Positions 45,796 through 58,147 of a DNA stretch of 64,000 nucleotides are shown piece by piece; within the stretch, counting starts at the first letter, position 1; each line of letters begins with the position of its first letter. The stretch lies in assembly GCA_040905565.1 (NCBI GenBank), contig JBBDRF010000081.1, positions 9,437 to 73,436 on the forward strand, written 5' to 3'. Origin of the DNA: Phycisphaeraceae bacterium (lineage in GTDB: Bacteria > Planctomycetota > Phycisphaerae > Phycisphaerales > Zrk34). The notes under the pieces are model-generated. The model did no database searches, had not been told where the DNA came from, and saw nothing but the letters and a program-made list of their open reading frames with translations. A program made the position numbers and the translations under genes.

Positions 45796-47115
45796 ATGGT
45801 TCGTCAATTAAATCCCCAATCCGACGACGCAGCCCTCACCGCGTTTTTACAGTTATCCGCCTCGCAGCCGGCCGCCTTTCTGCACTCAGGCCGACACCAT
45901 TCACGCTGGGCGAAACGCTCCATCCTCGCGCAGCCGCGCGCCTGGTTCCGCCATTGGGCAAGCGGAAAAAGTGAGTTGCTCGACGCCGCGACCCTTCTTC
46001 CGCTGCCTGAAAGTAAGCAACTTTCTCACCGACTCTGGCGCGATCTGCGATGGCTTCTGAATGAACCCAGCCTCGCCGGAAAATGGATCGGCACGATCGG
46101 CTACGAAGTCAACCGCTTCATCGAACCCGAACGCCTCCCCCCCCACCGTGGCCGCGCCGACGATCGCGGTTCGCCGGTCGTTGAGTTGGCGCTGTGTCCG
46201 GCGCCGACCGTCTATCCCGCCGCAACTTCGCCAGCGGGGGCGGGGGGAACGGGGGGGGCGGTGTCGGCGTTACCCGTGGCGATCGCGGAGAAGATCGGCC
46301 GCAGCCGGGCGGACTACGAAGCCGCCGTGGCGCAGGTGCTCGAGTACATCGGCGCGGGCGACGTGTTTCAGGTAAACCTCGCCCAGCGCTTTACCCTGCC
46401 GTTCGTGGGCAACCCGCGCGAGCTCTACCGTCGCCTCGCCGCGATCAGCCCCGCGTGGTACGGCGCGTATCTCGACCTGCCCCCACTGCAATCGAACCAG
46501 CCGGGCCGAAGCCTGCTCTGCACCAGCCCCGAATTGTTCCTCGATGTGAGCGACGGGCATGTCATCACGCGCCCGATCAAGGGCACCCGCCCCGCCTCCG
46601 CGTCCGCTGACGAGTTGCGAGCCAGTGAGAAGGATGCCGCCGAGCTGAACATGATCGTCGACCTGATGCGTAACGACCTCGGCCGCGTCTGCGACTACGG
46701 CAGCGTGAAGGTGACCGAGCCTCGCACCATCGAAAGCCACCCCACCGTGCACCACGGCGTCGCCACCATCGAAGGGCAGATGCACCCCAGCCGTGACATC
46801 GTCGACCTGCTGCGGGCCACGCTACCCGGCGGGTCGGTCACCGGCGCGCCCAAGGTGCGGGCGATGCAGATCATCGACGAACTCGAACCCGTCGCCCGGG
46901 GCCCGTACTGCGGCGTGATCGGCATGCTCAGCCGCGACGAAGCCGTCCTCAACATCGCCATCCGAACCTGCGCCATATCACCCGTGGCGGCCGACACGCA
47001 CCTCGCCGATTTCTGGGCAGGCGGCGGCATCGTCGCCGATTCCTCCCCCGCCGCGGAGTATCTGGAAACCCTCGACAAAGCCGCCGCCGTCTGGCACGCC
47101 CTCGCTGGACCCTGA
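45796..47115 (+). CDS. pabB: Aminodeoxychorismate synthase component I / anthranilate synthase I family
   Basis: GDVFQVNL, SPELF, TRPIKGTRP (PabB-type PIKGT), MIVDLMRNDLGR, PGGSVTGAPK, NIAIRT, GGGIVADS. Confidence 0.8.
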   Translation: MVRQLNPQSDDAALTAFLQLSASQPAAFLHSGRHHSRWAKRSILAQPRAWFRHWASGKSELLDAATLLPLPESKQLSHRLWRDLRWLLNEPSLAGKWIGTIGYEVNRFIEPERLPPHRGRADDRGSPVVELALCPAPTVYPAATSPAGAGGTGGAVSALPVAIAEKIGRSRADYEAAVAQVLEYIGAGDVFQVNLAQRFTLPFVGNPRELYRRLAAISPAWYGAYLDLPPLQSNQPGRSLLCTSPELFLDVSDGHVITRPIKGTRPASASADELRASEKDAAELNMIVDLMRNDLGRVCDYGSVKVTEPRTIESHPTVHHGVATIEGQMHPSRDIVDLLRATLPGGSVTGAPKVRAMQIIDELEPVARGPYCGVIGMLSRDEAVLNIAIRTCAISPVAADTHLADFWAGGGIVADSSPAAEYLETLDKAAAVWHALAGP

Positions 47116-47141
47116 GACCGCAGCCTCCTAAGTTGGCGTCT

Positions 47142-47423
47142 ATGTCACACCAAACCAGCGAACCACCGAGTGCCCTGCGAGAGTGGCTCCACCTCGCCAG
47201 CCGCCCCTCAGTCATACGGCGGGGCCTGATGTACGCCCTCATCGTCGGCACCATCCTCATCACCATCAACCACGGCGACGCCATCCTCGAAGGCGACGTC
47301 ACCGACGCCCGGCTATGGAAGATGGGCCTCACCACAATCGTGCCCTACATGGTCTCGACGCTTTCGAGCGTCGGCGCGACGCGGAACCAGCTACGCAAGC
47401 AGCGCGACGGGATCGCCTCGTGA
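47142..47423 (+). CDS. NrtS-like small membrane protein
   Basis: ALIVGTILITINHGD...LTTIVPYMVST pattern. Confidence 0.75.
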   Translation: MSHQTSEPPSALREWLHLASRPSVIRRGLMYALIVGTILITINHGDAILEGDVTDARLWKMGLTTIVPYMVSTLSSVGATRNQLRKQRDGIAS

Positions 47424-48292
47424 AGATTTACCAGGTTGACGCCTTCACCGACCGCCCGTTCACCGGCAACCCCGCCGCCGTCGTGCTGCTGGAGCAGGAG
47501 GCCGACGCAGCATGGATGCAGCAAGTCGCAGCAGAGATGAACCTCTCCGAAACCGCCTTCGTCACCTTCCCACCCCCCCTACCGCCGCCGGTTTCGCCGC
47601 AGCATCACACCAAGCCGCCATACAACACAATCGGGAACAAGGTGGGGGGGCTCAGGTGGTTCACGCCGGCCGTTGAAGTGAATTTGTGTGGTCACGCCAC
47701 GCTGGCCGCCGCTCATGTGCTGTGGGAAGCGGGTTGGCTGGAGAGAACAGAACCCGCACGCTTCGAAACACGCAGCGGGACGCTGACTGCCAGGCTGCGT
47801 GCCGATGGCTGGATTGAGCTGGATTTCCCCGCCGGCCCCGCCGCCGCCCTCGACGCCGACGACGTGCGTGCCCTCGGTTTCGACGCCCAGACCATGCTCA
47901 ACTGCGAAGCCGTTCACGTCGGTCGATCCGCCGAAGATTTACTTGTTGAAGTGGCGGACGCACAGACCGTGCAGACGTTGAAGCCCGATTTCGCCCGGCT
48001 GGCCGAGCTTCCCGTCCGAGGCATCGCGGTGACGGCCCCGGCATCAACCGAAACCGAGGCCGACTTCGTCTCGCGATTCTTCGCCCCGGCCGTCGGCATC
48101 GATGAAGACCCCGTCACCGGCTCAGCCCATTGCATGCTCGGCCCCTGGTGGGCGGATCGGCTGGGACGGGCGGGCCTCGTCGGCCACCAGCTTTCGCAGC
48201 GGGGGGGCACCGTCCGCGTCAACGTCAAAGGCGATCGCGTGGAACTGGCAGGCCGGGCGGTGACGGTGTTCGAAGGTGAACTGGCGGTTTGA
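47420..48292 (+). CDS. PhzF family isomerase
   Basis: VDAFTDRPFTGNPAAV, NLSETAF, LRWFTPAVEVNLCGHATLA, EDPVTGSAH; GTG start overlaps upstream stop. Confidence 0.93.
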   Translation: MKIYQVDAFTDRPFTGNPAAVVLLEQEADAAWMQQVAAEMNLSETAFVTFPPPLPPPVSPQHHTKPPYNTIGNKVGGLRWFTPAVEVNLCGHATLAAAHVLWEAGWLERTEPARFETRSGTLTARLRADGWIELDFPAGPAAALDADDVRALGFDAQTMLNCEAVHVGRSAEDLLVEVADAQTVQTLKPDFARLAELPVRGIAVTAPASTETEADFVSRFFAPAVGIDEDPVTGSAHCMLGPWWADRLGRAGLVGHQLSQRGGTVRVNVKGDRVELAGRAVTVFEGELAV

Positions 48293-48311
48293 CGGGACGA
48301 CGCGAGCGCAT

Positions 48312-48347
48312 AAAAAAACCGACGGAGAACCGGTGAGGTCCTCCGTC
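48312..48347 (-). terminator. Intrinsic terminator after beta-barrel gene
   Basis: GACGGAG...CTCCGTC stem with A-run on + strand (T-run on -). Confidence 0.6.
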
Positions 48348-48383
48348 AGCGAAGAGACGGCTGGTCTGTTTCACGGCCCGGCT

Positions 48384-49013
48384 TCAGAAGTTGAAGCCGA
48401 TGCCGACGATGTATAGGATTTGGGCGTCGCTGTCGCCGCCGTCGAAGAGCCAGTGAATCTCCATGCGGCCGAAGAGGAACGTGTCGGGCTTGGCGTACCA
48501 CTTGGCACCACCTTCGACACCAAACGACCCGGTCTCGTCGACGTTGTCGCCGTAGAAGCCGCCGAGGCTGAGGCCCACGAACGGCCGCAGACGGTCCAGA
48601 TCGAAGTGGTAGTCGACGGCCCCTCGGGTCGAACCCGCCCATTGCGATTCGCCGAAGTCCACGAACTGGATGCCCTGCCGAATTTCCGCCGAGACGTCCC
48701 GGGTGAAGTAGTAGCCGAGCGAGACGTCGAGCCCGAACGAACCCTCGTCGAAGTCCTCGTTGTTGCTGGCGACGCCGGTGAGCGTGAATTCCCAGTCACC
48801 GGCCTGCGGCCCCCAGCGGCCGACGCCACCACGGCGCGGGTCTTCAGGGTGACCTTCGAGGAACGGACGAACCTCCACCATGGGATCGAGGATCAGTTCA
48901 TTCGCCTCGGCGTACTCGTCGGCGATCTGCGTCGGCTCGGCTCCAAGAGCCGGCACGCTTGCTCCGGTCAGCACCGCCGCGATGGTCCAGGTTGCGATCC
49001 GCTCAAATCCCAT
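48384..49013 (-). CDS. Outer-membrane beta-barrel protein
   Basis: Signal peptide; alternating aromatic/Gly strands (LGYYF, DYHFD, RPFVG, GGAKWY); terminal GIGFNF. Confidence 0.8.
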   Translation of the reverse strand: MGFERIATWTIAAVLTGASVPALGAEPTQIADEYAEANELILDPMVEVRPFLEGHPEDPRRGGVGRWGPQAGDWEFTLTGVASNNEDFDEGSFGLDVSLGYYFTRDVSAEIRQGIQFVDFGESQWAGSTRGAVDYHFDLDRLRPFVGLSLGGFYGDNVDETGSFGVEGGAKWYAKPDTFLFGRMEIHWLFDGGDSDAQILYIVGIGFNF

Positions 49014-49266
49014 ATCGGTTCCACCCTTCGTTCGAGTCTTAAAAGTCGCGTCTGTCACTCGCGTTTCTTGCGTGTCCCTCACTGCGAGAAGTATCCCGCG
49101 CCCTCGGCTTGGGTCATACCGGGCAGCGTGCCCAACCCACCCCCGGTAAAATGCTTGCCGGTGACCCCGGGAGAATCCCCACGCCGACCGGGGCTTATCG
49201 TCCACGACCGCCGATACGCGGTATCCTGAAGCTGCCCGATTTGTACCCCTTTTGAAGGAGATGGCC

Positions 49267-49809
49267 ATGAAAAACCACCTGTTTGCACTTACCCTTGCCG
49301 TGCTCGGTTTCGCGCTCACCGCCTGCACCACCACCCCCAACTCACCCGCGGAGCGTCAAAGCCTGGTCACCTCCGCAGCCGAGACCACCGAGATCTTCCT
49401 CCGAAACGATCCCTCCCTGCAGGAGTTGATCGACGATTCCTACGCCTACGCCGTCTTCCCCAGCATCGGACGCGGCGGCGCAGGCATCGGCGGCGCCTAC
49501 GGACGCGGCATCGTCTACGAAAGAGGTCAGCACGTCGGCTACTGCGATGTCACGCAGGCGACGGTCGGCTTCCAACTCGGCGGGCAGGCGTTCCGCCAAC
49601 TCATCTTCTTCCGTGACGAGTCCGCACTTCGCCGCTTTAAGCACGATGACCTGCACCTTTCCGCACAGGCCACCGCCGTCGCCGCCACCGCCGGCGCCAG
49701 CGCCGATGCCGACTACGAACGCGGCGTCATGGTCTTCACCCTCGCACGCGGCGGCCTCATGTACGAAGCCTCCATCGGCGGCCAACGCTTCACCTATCAA
49801 CCCAAATGA
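49267..49809 (+). CDS. YSC84/SYLF lipid-binding domain lipoprotein
   Basis: Lipobox LTAC; YAVFPSIGRGGAGIGGAYGRG; GFQLGGQ; GGLMYEASIGGQRF. Confidence 0.9.
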   Translation: MKNHLFALTLAVLGFALTACTTTPNSPAERQSLVTSAAETTEIFLRNDPSLQELIDDSYAYAVFPSIGRGGAGIGGAYGRGIVYERGQHVGYCDVTQATVGFQLGGQAFRQLIFFRDESALRRFKHDDLHLSAQATAVAATAGASADADYERGVMVFTLARGGLMYEASIGGQRFTYQPK

Positions 49810-49908
49810 CACACACCCCGAAGCCCCCCCCCACCTTCCCCCCCAACTTACGGCCATCTGACCTAATTTCATTAACCTCCCCATCCCTCTCCGCCCGATA
49901 ACGGAGGT

Positions 49909-52566
49909 ATGGTTTCCTGCGCGCGTTTGCTGATCCCACTACTGGCGTTGATGGGCGTGATGTTGCCGTTGGCTGCTGCCGTGGCCGACGAATCGGCCGC
50001 TCAGCGCCGCATCGTCCACCGCTTCCACTTCAATGAGGAGGAGCTGGGCAACTTCGAGTCGATGCCGATGAACTGGTTCCGCGTGACGGGCCCCGGCTTC
50101 CCGCGCTATACCGACATCGGCTTCGACCAACGCTTCGCCACCGCCGGCGAGACGTCCCTGAAGCTGCAGCTCAACGGCGGGTCCGCCGCGTTAACGCTCG
50201 CTTCGGGCACCATCGCCGTCATGCCCGACGCTCAGTACCTGCTCACCGCGCAGGTCCGCACCGCCGATGCCGTCCACGCCCGCGCCCGCCTCACTGCCGT
50301 CTTTCTCGATCGCCGAAATCAGCCGCTGCTCAACACCCGCACGCGCTCGCCGTTGATCGCCTCGGACAACCGCTGGACGCCGATACAGTTCGAGCTTCCG
50401 CGAACCCCCGAGCAGGCCGCCTGGCTTGTGTTGCGGGTTGAGCTGCTTCAGCCCGCCGAGTTCCGCACGACCAGCCTCAGTAAGCACGAGGTGGTGGAGC
50501 AGGACATCGACGCCGCCGCCTGGTTCGATGACATCACGCTCTATCAGCTTCCCCGCATCGAGCTGACGACGCAGTCGGCTTCGAACGTGATTCGCCGTCC
50601 CAACACGCCCCGCCTGAGCGCGAGCGTGCAGGACCTCACCGGCGACAGCCTCGACGCCCGCCTCAGCGTTTACGATCAGGCCGGTGATCTGGTCGGCCGC
50701 GACCAGCGCACGCTTGACGGCTCCCAGCCGGGCCAGTGGGAGTTCACCCCCGACCTGCCCCGCCTCGGCTGGTACTGGGCCGAACTGGAAGTCCGCTCCG
50801 AAGGCACGCTCATCGGCCACGCACGCACCGCCGTCAGCTATCTGCCCCAGATGACAGGCCGAGGCTCCAGCGAATCCGACCGCTTCATGATCCTGCTCGA
50901 AGGCGTCCCCGGTACCCATCGCCATCTCGTCCCCGACATCATGGCGCAGCTTGGCGACCAGGCGGTGCTGGTGAACCTTTGGCGGTCGGAGATGACCCAG
51001 CGTGATCTCACCAACGCCACCGACAAAGCCGACCCCCTCGTGATGCAGCTGATCAACCAGGGTCGCTCGGTCGCGCTCTCCCTCGCCGAAGTGCCGCAGG
51101 AACTCGCCCTCTCCGTCGGCGTCGATGTCGACAATCCGCTGGCGCTGTTCGCGCAGAACGGTGACGCATGGGAGGCGAATCTCATGGCCGTCTTCGCGCT
51201 CTACGGGCACCTCGTCGACCAATGGCACATCGGCGGGATCGACAACACGCACGCATTCTTCCGCGACGATCTGCCACAGGTGCACAATCGCGCCCGCTCG
51301 CTTCTGCGTCGCTACGTCGCCGATCCGAAGCTGGCGCTGCCTTGGCGCGCGACCCATGAACTCACCCCCCCCAGCCGCGATCTTCACACGCTTCTCATCG
51401 ACCTGCCCGCCAGCATCCGCCCCGCGCAGATTCCCGACTACCTCGAGAGCTGGACCGATCACCCCGCACGCAAGACCATCCACCTTCGCCCGATCCCCGC
51501 TGCGGATCATGCCCACGCCGACCGCGCGACCGATCTGGCCATGCGGATGATCAACGCCTGGCAGCATCGCCCCGATCGCCTCGCCCTGTCGCACCCCTGG
51601 CGTCACGCGCCCGGCCCGCCCGCTTCGGTCATGCCCGACCCGCTCCTCGGCGTCTGGGTGAATGTCGCTGAGCAACTCGCCGGCCGCCGCTTCGTCGGCG
51701 ACATCAACCTCGGCCCCGGCATCAAGGCGCACCTCCTCGACGGGCCAGGCGGCGGCGTCCTCGTCGCATGGAACGAATCCTCCGGCGACGCCGAAGCGTC
51801 ACTCGACCTCTACCTCGGCAACGACCCCGTCGCCGTCGATATCTACGGCAACCGCACCGAACTGCAGCGCGAAGGCGATCGCCAGACGCTGAAGCTCACC
51901 CAGTCGCCTCAGTTCATCGAAAACGTCAACATGCAGTTGGCCCGCCTTCGTGCCGGGTTCAACCTCGACGAACCGTTTATCGATTCCGTCCACTCCCGCC
52001 ACGAGCGCACCCTGCAACTGGCCAACCCCTGGCCCCGCACCATCTCCGGCCGCATGCGCGTCACCGGCCCCGAGCGATGGGACATTCAGCCGCAAATGAT
52101 CAACTTCTCCATCCCCGCCGGGCAAACGCTGGATATCCCCATCACGCTCACCTTCCCCATCAGCGAGTTCGCCGGCCCCAAACGCCTCACCGTCGACCTG
52201 CAGATCGAAGCCGACCGCAATTATGAACTCGAGCTCGCCGCCCCCATGATGGTCGGCCTTGAGAACGTCGAATTCCACGCCACCGCCTCCACCGAAGCGC
52301 AGCCCGACGGTGAGCCCGCCGACGCCGTCGTCACCATCGTCGTCACGAACCTCGGCGAGCGCGAGCAGACCTTCTACGCCTTCGCCATGGCCCCCGAGCA
52401 CCCCCGCGCCGAACGCATCATCTCCCGCCTCGAGCCCGGCCAGACCATCGTCCGCCGGTTCCGCTTCCCCGCCGCCGGCCCCGCACTCACCGGCAAGAGC
52501 ATCCGCGTCGGCCTCCGCCAGGCCGACGGCCCCGCCATGCTCAACGACCTCGTCCAAGTGCCCTGA
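49909..52566 (+). CDS. Large exported hypothetical protein (possible carbohydrate-binding, GH-like and Ig-like domains)
   Basis: 885-aa ORF with signal peptide, GGAGG RBS and strong codon bias; AWFDDITL end typical of CBM-like sandwiches. Confidence 0.75.
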   Translation: MVSCARLLIPLLALMGVMLPLAAAVADESAAQRRIVHRFHFNEEELGNFESMPMNWFRVTGPGFPRYTDIGFDQRFATAGETSLKLQLNGGSAALTLASGTIAVMPDAQYLLTAQVRTADAVHARARLTAVFLDRRNQPLLNTRTRSPLIASDNRWTPIQFELPRTPEQAAWLVLRVELLQPAEFRTTSLSKHEVVEQDIDAAAWFDDITLYQLPRIELTTQSASNVIRRPNTPRLSASVQDLTGDSLDARLSVYDQAGDLVGRDQRTLDGSQPGQWEFTPDLPRLGWYWAELEVRSEGTLIGHARTAVSYLPQMTGRGSSESDRFMILLEGVPGTHRHLVPDIMAQLGDQAVLVNLWRSEMTQRDLTNATDKADPLVMQLINQGRSVALSLAEVPQELALSVGVDVDNPLALFAQNGDAWEANLMAVFALYGHLVDQWHIGGIDNTHAFFRDDLPQVHNRARSLLRRYVADPKLALPWRATHELTPPSRDLHTLLIDLPASIRPAQIPDYLESWTDHPARKTIHLRPIPAADHAHADRATDLAMRMINAWQHRPDRLALSHPWRHAPGPPASVMPDPLLGVWVNVAEQLAGRRFVGDINLGPGIKAHLLDGPGGGVLVAWNESSGDAEASLDLYLGNDPVAVDIYGNRTELQREGDRQTLKLTQSPQFIENVNMQLARLRAGFNLDEPFIDSVHSRHERTLQLANPWPRTISGRMRVTGPERWDIQPQMINFSIPAGQTLDIPITLTFPISEFAGPKRLTVDLQIEADRNYELELAAPMMVGLENVEFHATASTEAQPDGEPADAVVTIVVTNLGEREQTFYAFAMAPEHPRAERIISRLEPGQTIVRRFRFPAAGPALTGKSIRVGLRQADGPAMLNDLVQVP

Positions 52567-52577
52567 GCCATTCCCAC

Positions 52578-52737
52578 GAGCCGCGACCGTCAGGGAGCGG
52601 TCGGCTCAACGCCAGCCTGACACTGGGTGGTACGATCGGCCAACCTTCTCTGCACCAAAACCCGTACGCGCGCCTCGATCGATCGTTTCAACGAATGCAC
52701 CCAGCGCCCGCCGACCACTTACTGACGTGCGTGGCTC
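52578..52737. repeat. Inverted pair of REP-like units (variant B on +, variant A on -)
   Basis: GAGCCGCGACCGTCAGGGAGCGGTCG at 52578-52603 and reverse-strand GAGCCACGCACGTCAGTAAGTGGTCG at 52712-52737. Confidence 0.8.
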
Positions 52738-52832
52738 AAAATCCCCCCAGAATTTTACGGTTGGTCCGGCGTATGCTAATTTGGCGAGACGGGGTGTTTG
52801 TAATCAATTAGAACCTATAGCGAGTAGAGATC

Positions 52833-55589
<2,757 letters not shown>

Positions 55590-55605
55590 ACAACCCACGT
55601 TAGCG

Positions 55606-55715
55606 GGCGATCGCAGATCGCCACGGCCCTACTAACCGTCCATAAAAGAACAACGACGCGCCGCGCTACGGCACGTCGTTGTTTTTTTACGTCACATTGG
55701 CGATCTGCGATCGCC
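55606..55715. terminator. Bidirectional terminator flanked by an 18-bp inverted repeat
   Basis: AACAACGACG...CGTCGTTGTT with A-run before and T-run after; flanked by GGCGATCGCAGATCGCCA / TGGCGATCTGCGATCGCC. Confidence 0.7.
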
Positions 55716-55744
55716 AATGTCGGTTGCTTGCGCCGCGCACGGTG

Positions 55745-56029
55745 TCACGCTCCTTTGAGCATCCTCGCAAGCAGTGGACACACAAAGAACGTGACGATAA
55801 GGGCCGCGACAAGCTCCCGTGACACAAGAGCGACCAGTTCGTTTTGCACGTCCGTGACTGCTGCTAGAATTAAGATGACGACTCCGCATGCCGACAGCAA
55901 CCACGTCCAGTATAGAATGTGCGCTAGCAAAAACATTTTCTGCGGCACTGTTCTATTCCCAAAGGAACATTGCGGCTGATGCAGCGGTCGCCGCGTTCTT
56001 AAGCGACTTAAAAACTCATCTCGCCACAA
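55745..56029 (-). CDS. Possible small membrane protein in an AT-richer patch
   Basis: Two hydrophobic segments, but atypical codon usage and uncertain start. Confidence 0.3.
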   Translation of the reverse strand: MWRDEFLSRLRTRRPLHQPQCSFGNRTVPQKMFLLAHILYWTWLLSACGVVILILAAVTDVQNELVALVSRELVAALIVTFFVCPLLARMLKGA

Positions 56030-56068
56030 GGCACGCCAGTGGCCCGCGATCTCTAACGTCGGCCGGCC

Positions 56069-56692
56069 TCACTCAGGCTGCGTGTCGGCCAGCAGGAACG
56101 TGAAAAGGTCGACGACCTGCTGGTCGGTCATGGAGGTGATCAGGTGGGCGGGCATCATGCTGGTGTACAGCGGACGCTCTTCGGTGATGTTGTCGCGCTC
56201 GAGCGTGATCGGCCGCCCTGCGACGTTGACGAGCGTGAGCTCATCTTCATCGCGCTCGGTCATTACACCGCTGAGCACCCGGCCGTCGCGCGTGCTTATT
56301 TCGAACATCGCGTGGTAGGGGTGCAGCTCAGCGTCGGGGAACGCAACCTTCTCCAGCAGCGACGGGATCGCTTCCCGGTCACGCTTGTAGGGCGTGAGAT
56401 CCGGGGCCGCAGCCGAGGCGGTGCCGGTGTCGAAAAGCTGATGGCAGTTGCCGCAGCGCGAGGCGAAAAGCTCTCGACCGCGCAGCGCATCGCCCTGACC
56501 GTCGACGATCAGCCCTTCCAGCCGCATCATCTCCACCTGCTGGGCGTCCCGGTCGGCTTCGACCGTCGCCACCTCAGCCCCGCTCATGCAAGCCATCGGC
56601 AGCCCTGCAACGACGAACATCATCAGCATCAACAAAACGGCAAATCTGGTCACGGTGGCATCCCTTTGCGCTGTCAAATCAATCGAAGCCAC
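56069..56692 (-). CDS. Stand-alone PVC-type cytochrome c (putative heme-binding) domain lipoprotein
   Basis: Hydrophobic signal ending PMAC; GDALRGRELF..RCGNCH, APDLT, SMMP. Confidence 0.85.
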   Translation of the reverse strand: MASIDLTAQRDATVTRFAVLLMLMMFVVAGLPMACMSGAEVATVEADRDAQQVEMMRLEGLIVDGQGDALRGRELFASRCGNCHQLFDTGTASAAAPDLTPYKRDREAIPSLLEKVAFPDAELHPYHAMFEISTRDGRVLSGVMTERDEDELTLVNVAGRPITLERDNITEERPLYTSMMPAHLITSMTDQQVVDLFTFLLADTQPE

Positions 56693-56722
56693 GGCGTGAC
56701 GCCGTGGGTATTCCAGCGGGCG

Positions 56723-57016
56723 TCATGTTAACCGAGACGGGCGGTCCGCTCGATCCTCCGTGGCTGAATGGATCCCCGCAGCGATGACGAGGAGGACGAT
56801 CCCCATGATGAATAAAGGGGAAGGGATCAGGTCGCTTCGTGCACGCCAGGCGTCGTAAACGGCCCAGACGCCGAAGGTGATCGCGATTCCCCAGTGCGTG
56901 CTGCGGAGAACCCATCGCGACCACTTAGAGGTTCGCGCGTTCGGTGCCGCGATATAGCTCGTGCACACCAGCACGACCCATCCGACAAGCATCACTGGTC
57001 CGGCCGCTCCGTTCAT
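56723..57016 (-). CDS. Hypothetical membrane protein
   Basis: Three hydrophobic segments; downstream of folE2 on same strand. Confidence 0.55.
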   Translation of the reverse strand: MNGAAGPVMLVGWVVLVCTSYIAAPNARTSKWSRWVLRSTHWGIAITFGVWAVYDAWRARSDLIPSPLFIMGIVLLVIAAGIHSATEDRADRPSRLT

Positions 57017-57073
57017 GTGAGCTTTCTATGGCAGACCCACCGCGGCACGCTGCGGGGGCGGGGGGGCGGGGGG

Positions 57074-57895
57074 TCAGCTGCGTTTATCTTTTTCGATCAT
57101 CGCGTAGGCGTTGTGGTTGTGGATGGACTCGAAGTTTTCGCTGGTGATCTGGTACCAGGTGATGCGCTTCTCGTTTTCCAAAATCAACGCCAGTTCGCGG
57201 ACGATGTCTTCGACAAAGCGGGGGTTGTCGTACGCCTGCTCGGTCACGTGTTTTTCGTCCGGGCGTTTGAGCACGCTGTAGACCGGTGCGCTGCCGGCCG
57301 CTTCGCACATCTCCGCAAGTTCCTCAATCCATAGCAGCGAGCTGGTCCGCACCTTCGCTTCGATCAGGCAACGCTGATTGTGAGCCCCGTAAGCGGAGAT
57401 AATCTTCGAGCACGGGCAAAGGCTCGTCGCGGGGACCTTCACGCCCATCACAAAATCGTCCGTCCCGTTGGATTCGCAATCGAAGGTAACTTCGTAATCC
57501 ATCAGCCCCATCGACTGCGTGACGGGGGCGGGCTTGTTGATGAAGTACGGGAATTTCAGTTCGAGGTGGGCGTCCTGGGCGTTCAGCCGCTGCTTGATAT
57601 CGTGGCAGATGGCCATGATGTCCGACGGGTCGATCTCCTGGGCATGCTCGTTAAGCACCTCCAGAAAGCGCGACATGTGCGTGCCCTTCTGATGGTGCGG
57701 CAGGGAGACGTACATGTTGACCGTAGCAATGGTGTGCTGAGCGGAGCCGGCCCGGGTGCGCAGGCGGATGGGGTACGTAATATCGGTGACGCCGACCTTG
57801 TTGATCGGCACCTGGCGAAGATCTTCACTGGCCTGAACGTCGCTCAAGGGTTTATTCGGGTTGGCAGTGTCGGACGTATCTGTGGCCGAATCCAT
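57074..57895 (-). CDS. folE2: GTP cyclohydrolase IB
   Basis: DVQ...INKVGV, KGTHMSRF, TSLCPCSK...GAHNQR, KRPDEK.VTE.AY.NPRFVED, ESIHNHNAYA. Confidence 0.97.
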   Translation of the reverse strand: MDSATDTSDTANPNKPLSDVQASEDLRQVPINKVGVTDITYPIRLRTRAGSAQHTIATVNMYVSLPHHQKGTHMSRFLEVLNEHAQEIDPSDIMAICHDIKQRLNAQDAHLELKFPYFINKPAPVTQSMGLMDYEVTFDCESNGTDDFVMGVKVPATSLCPCSKIISAYGAHNQRCLIEAKVRTSSLLWIEELAEMCEAAGSAPVYSVLKRPDEKHVTEQAYDNPRFVEDIVRELALILENEKRITWYQITSENFESIHNHNAYAMIEKDKRS

Positions 57896-58030
57896 GATTT
57901 GTGCTCCATCGGAGGCTGCGGCTGCTCAGGCAGCTTGCGGTGCGTTAACTGGTGTATCTCCCCAAACGTTGCCGAGCAACCATCCTAGAAGGCCGGCGTC
58001 TGTAAGGCAACGCAACAGGGTTCCGGGAAG

Positions 58031-58147
58031 GCGGGTGCCCCGGTCAGCGAGCGAAGCGAGACGGCCGGGCTCTCCCACGCATGCAGCGACGGCGATCCCG
58101 TATCACCATCCCGCCCGGCCGTCTTCGCTGGCCGGGGCACCCGCTAC
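58031..58147. repeat. Long GC-rich inverted repeat (REP-pair-like) between recO and folE2
   Basis: GCGGGTGCCCCGGTCAGCGA..AGACGGCCGGGC (58031-58070) versus GCCCGGCCGTCTTCGCTGGCCGGGGCACCCGC (58113-58144). Confidence 0.8.

Noticed and set aside
57896..58030. Riboswitch or Zur box upstream of folE2, or a THF-type element before thyA
   Set aside because: No recognisable consensus by eye; an Rfam scan would be needed
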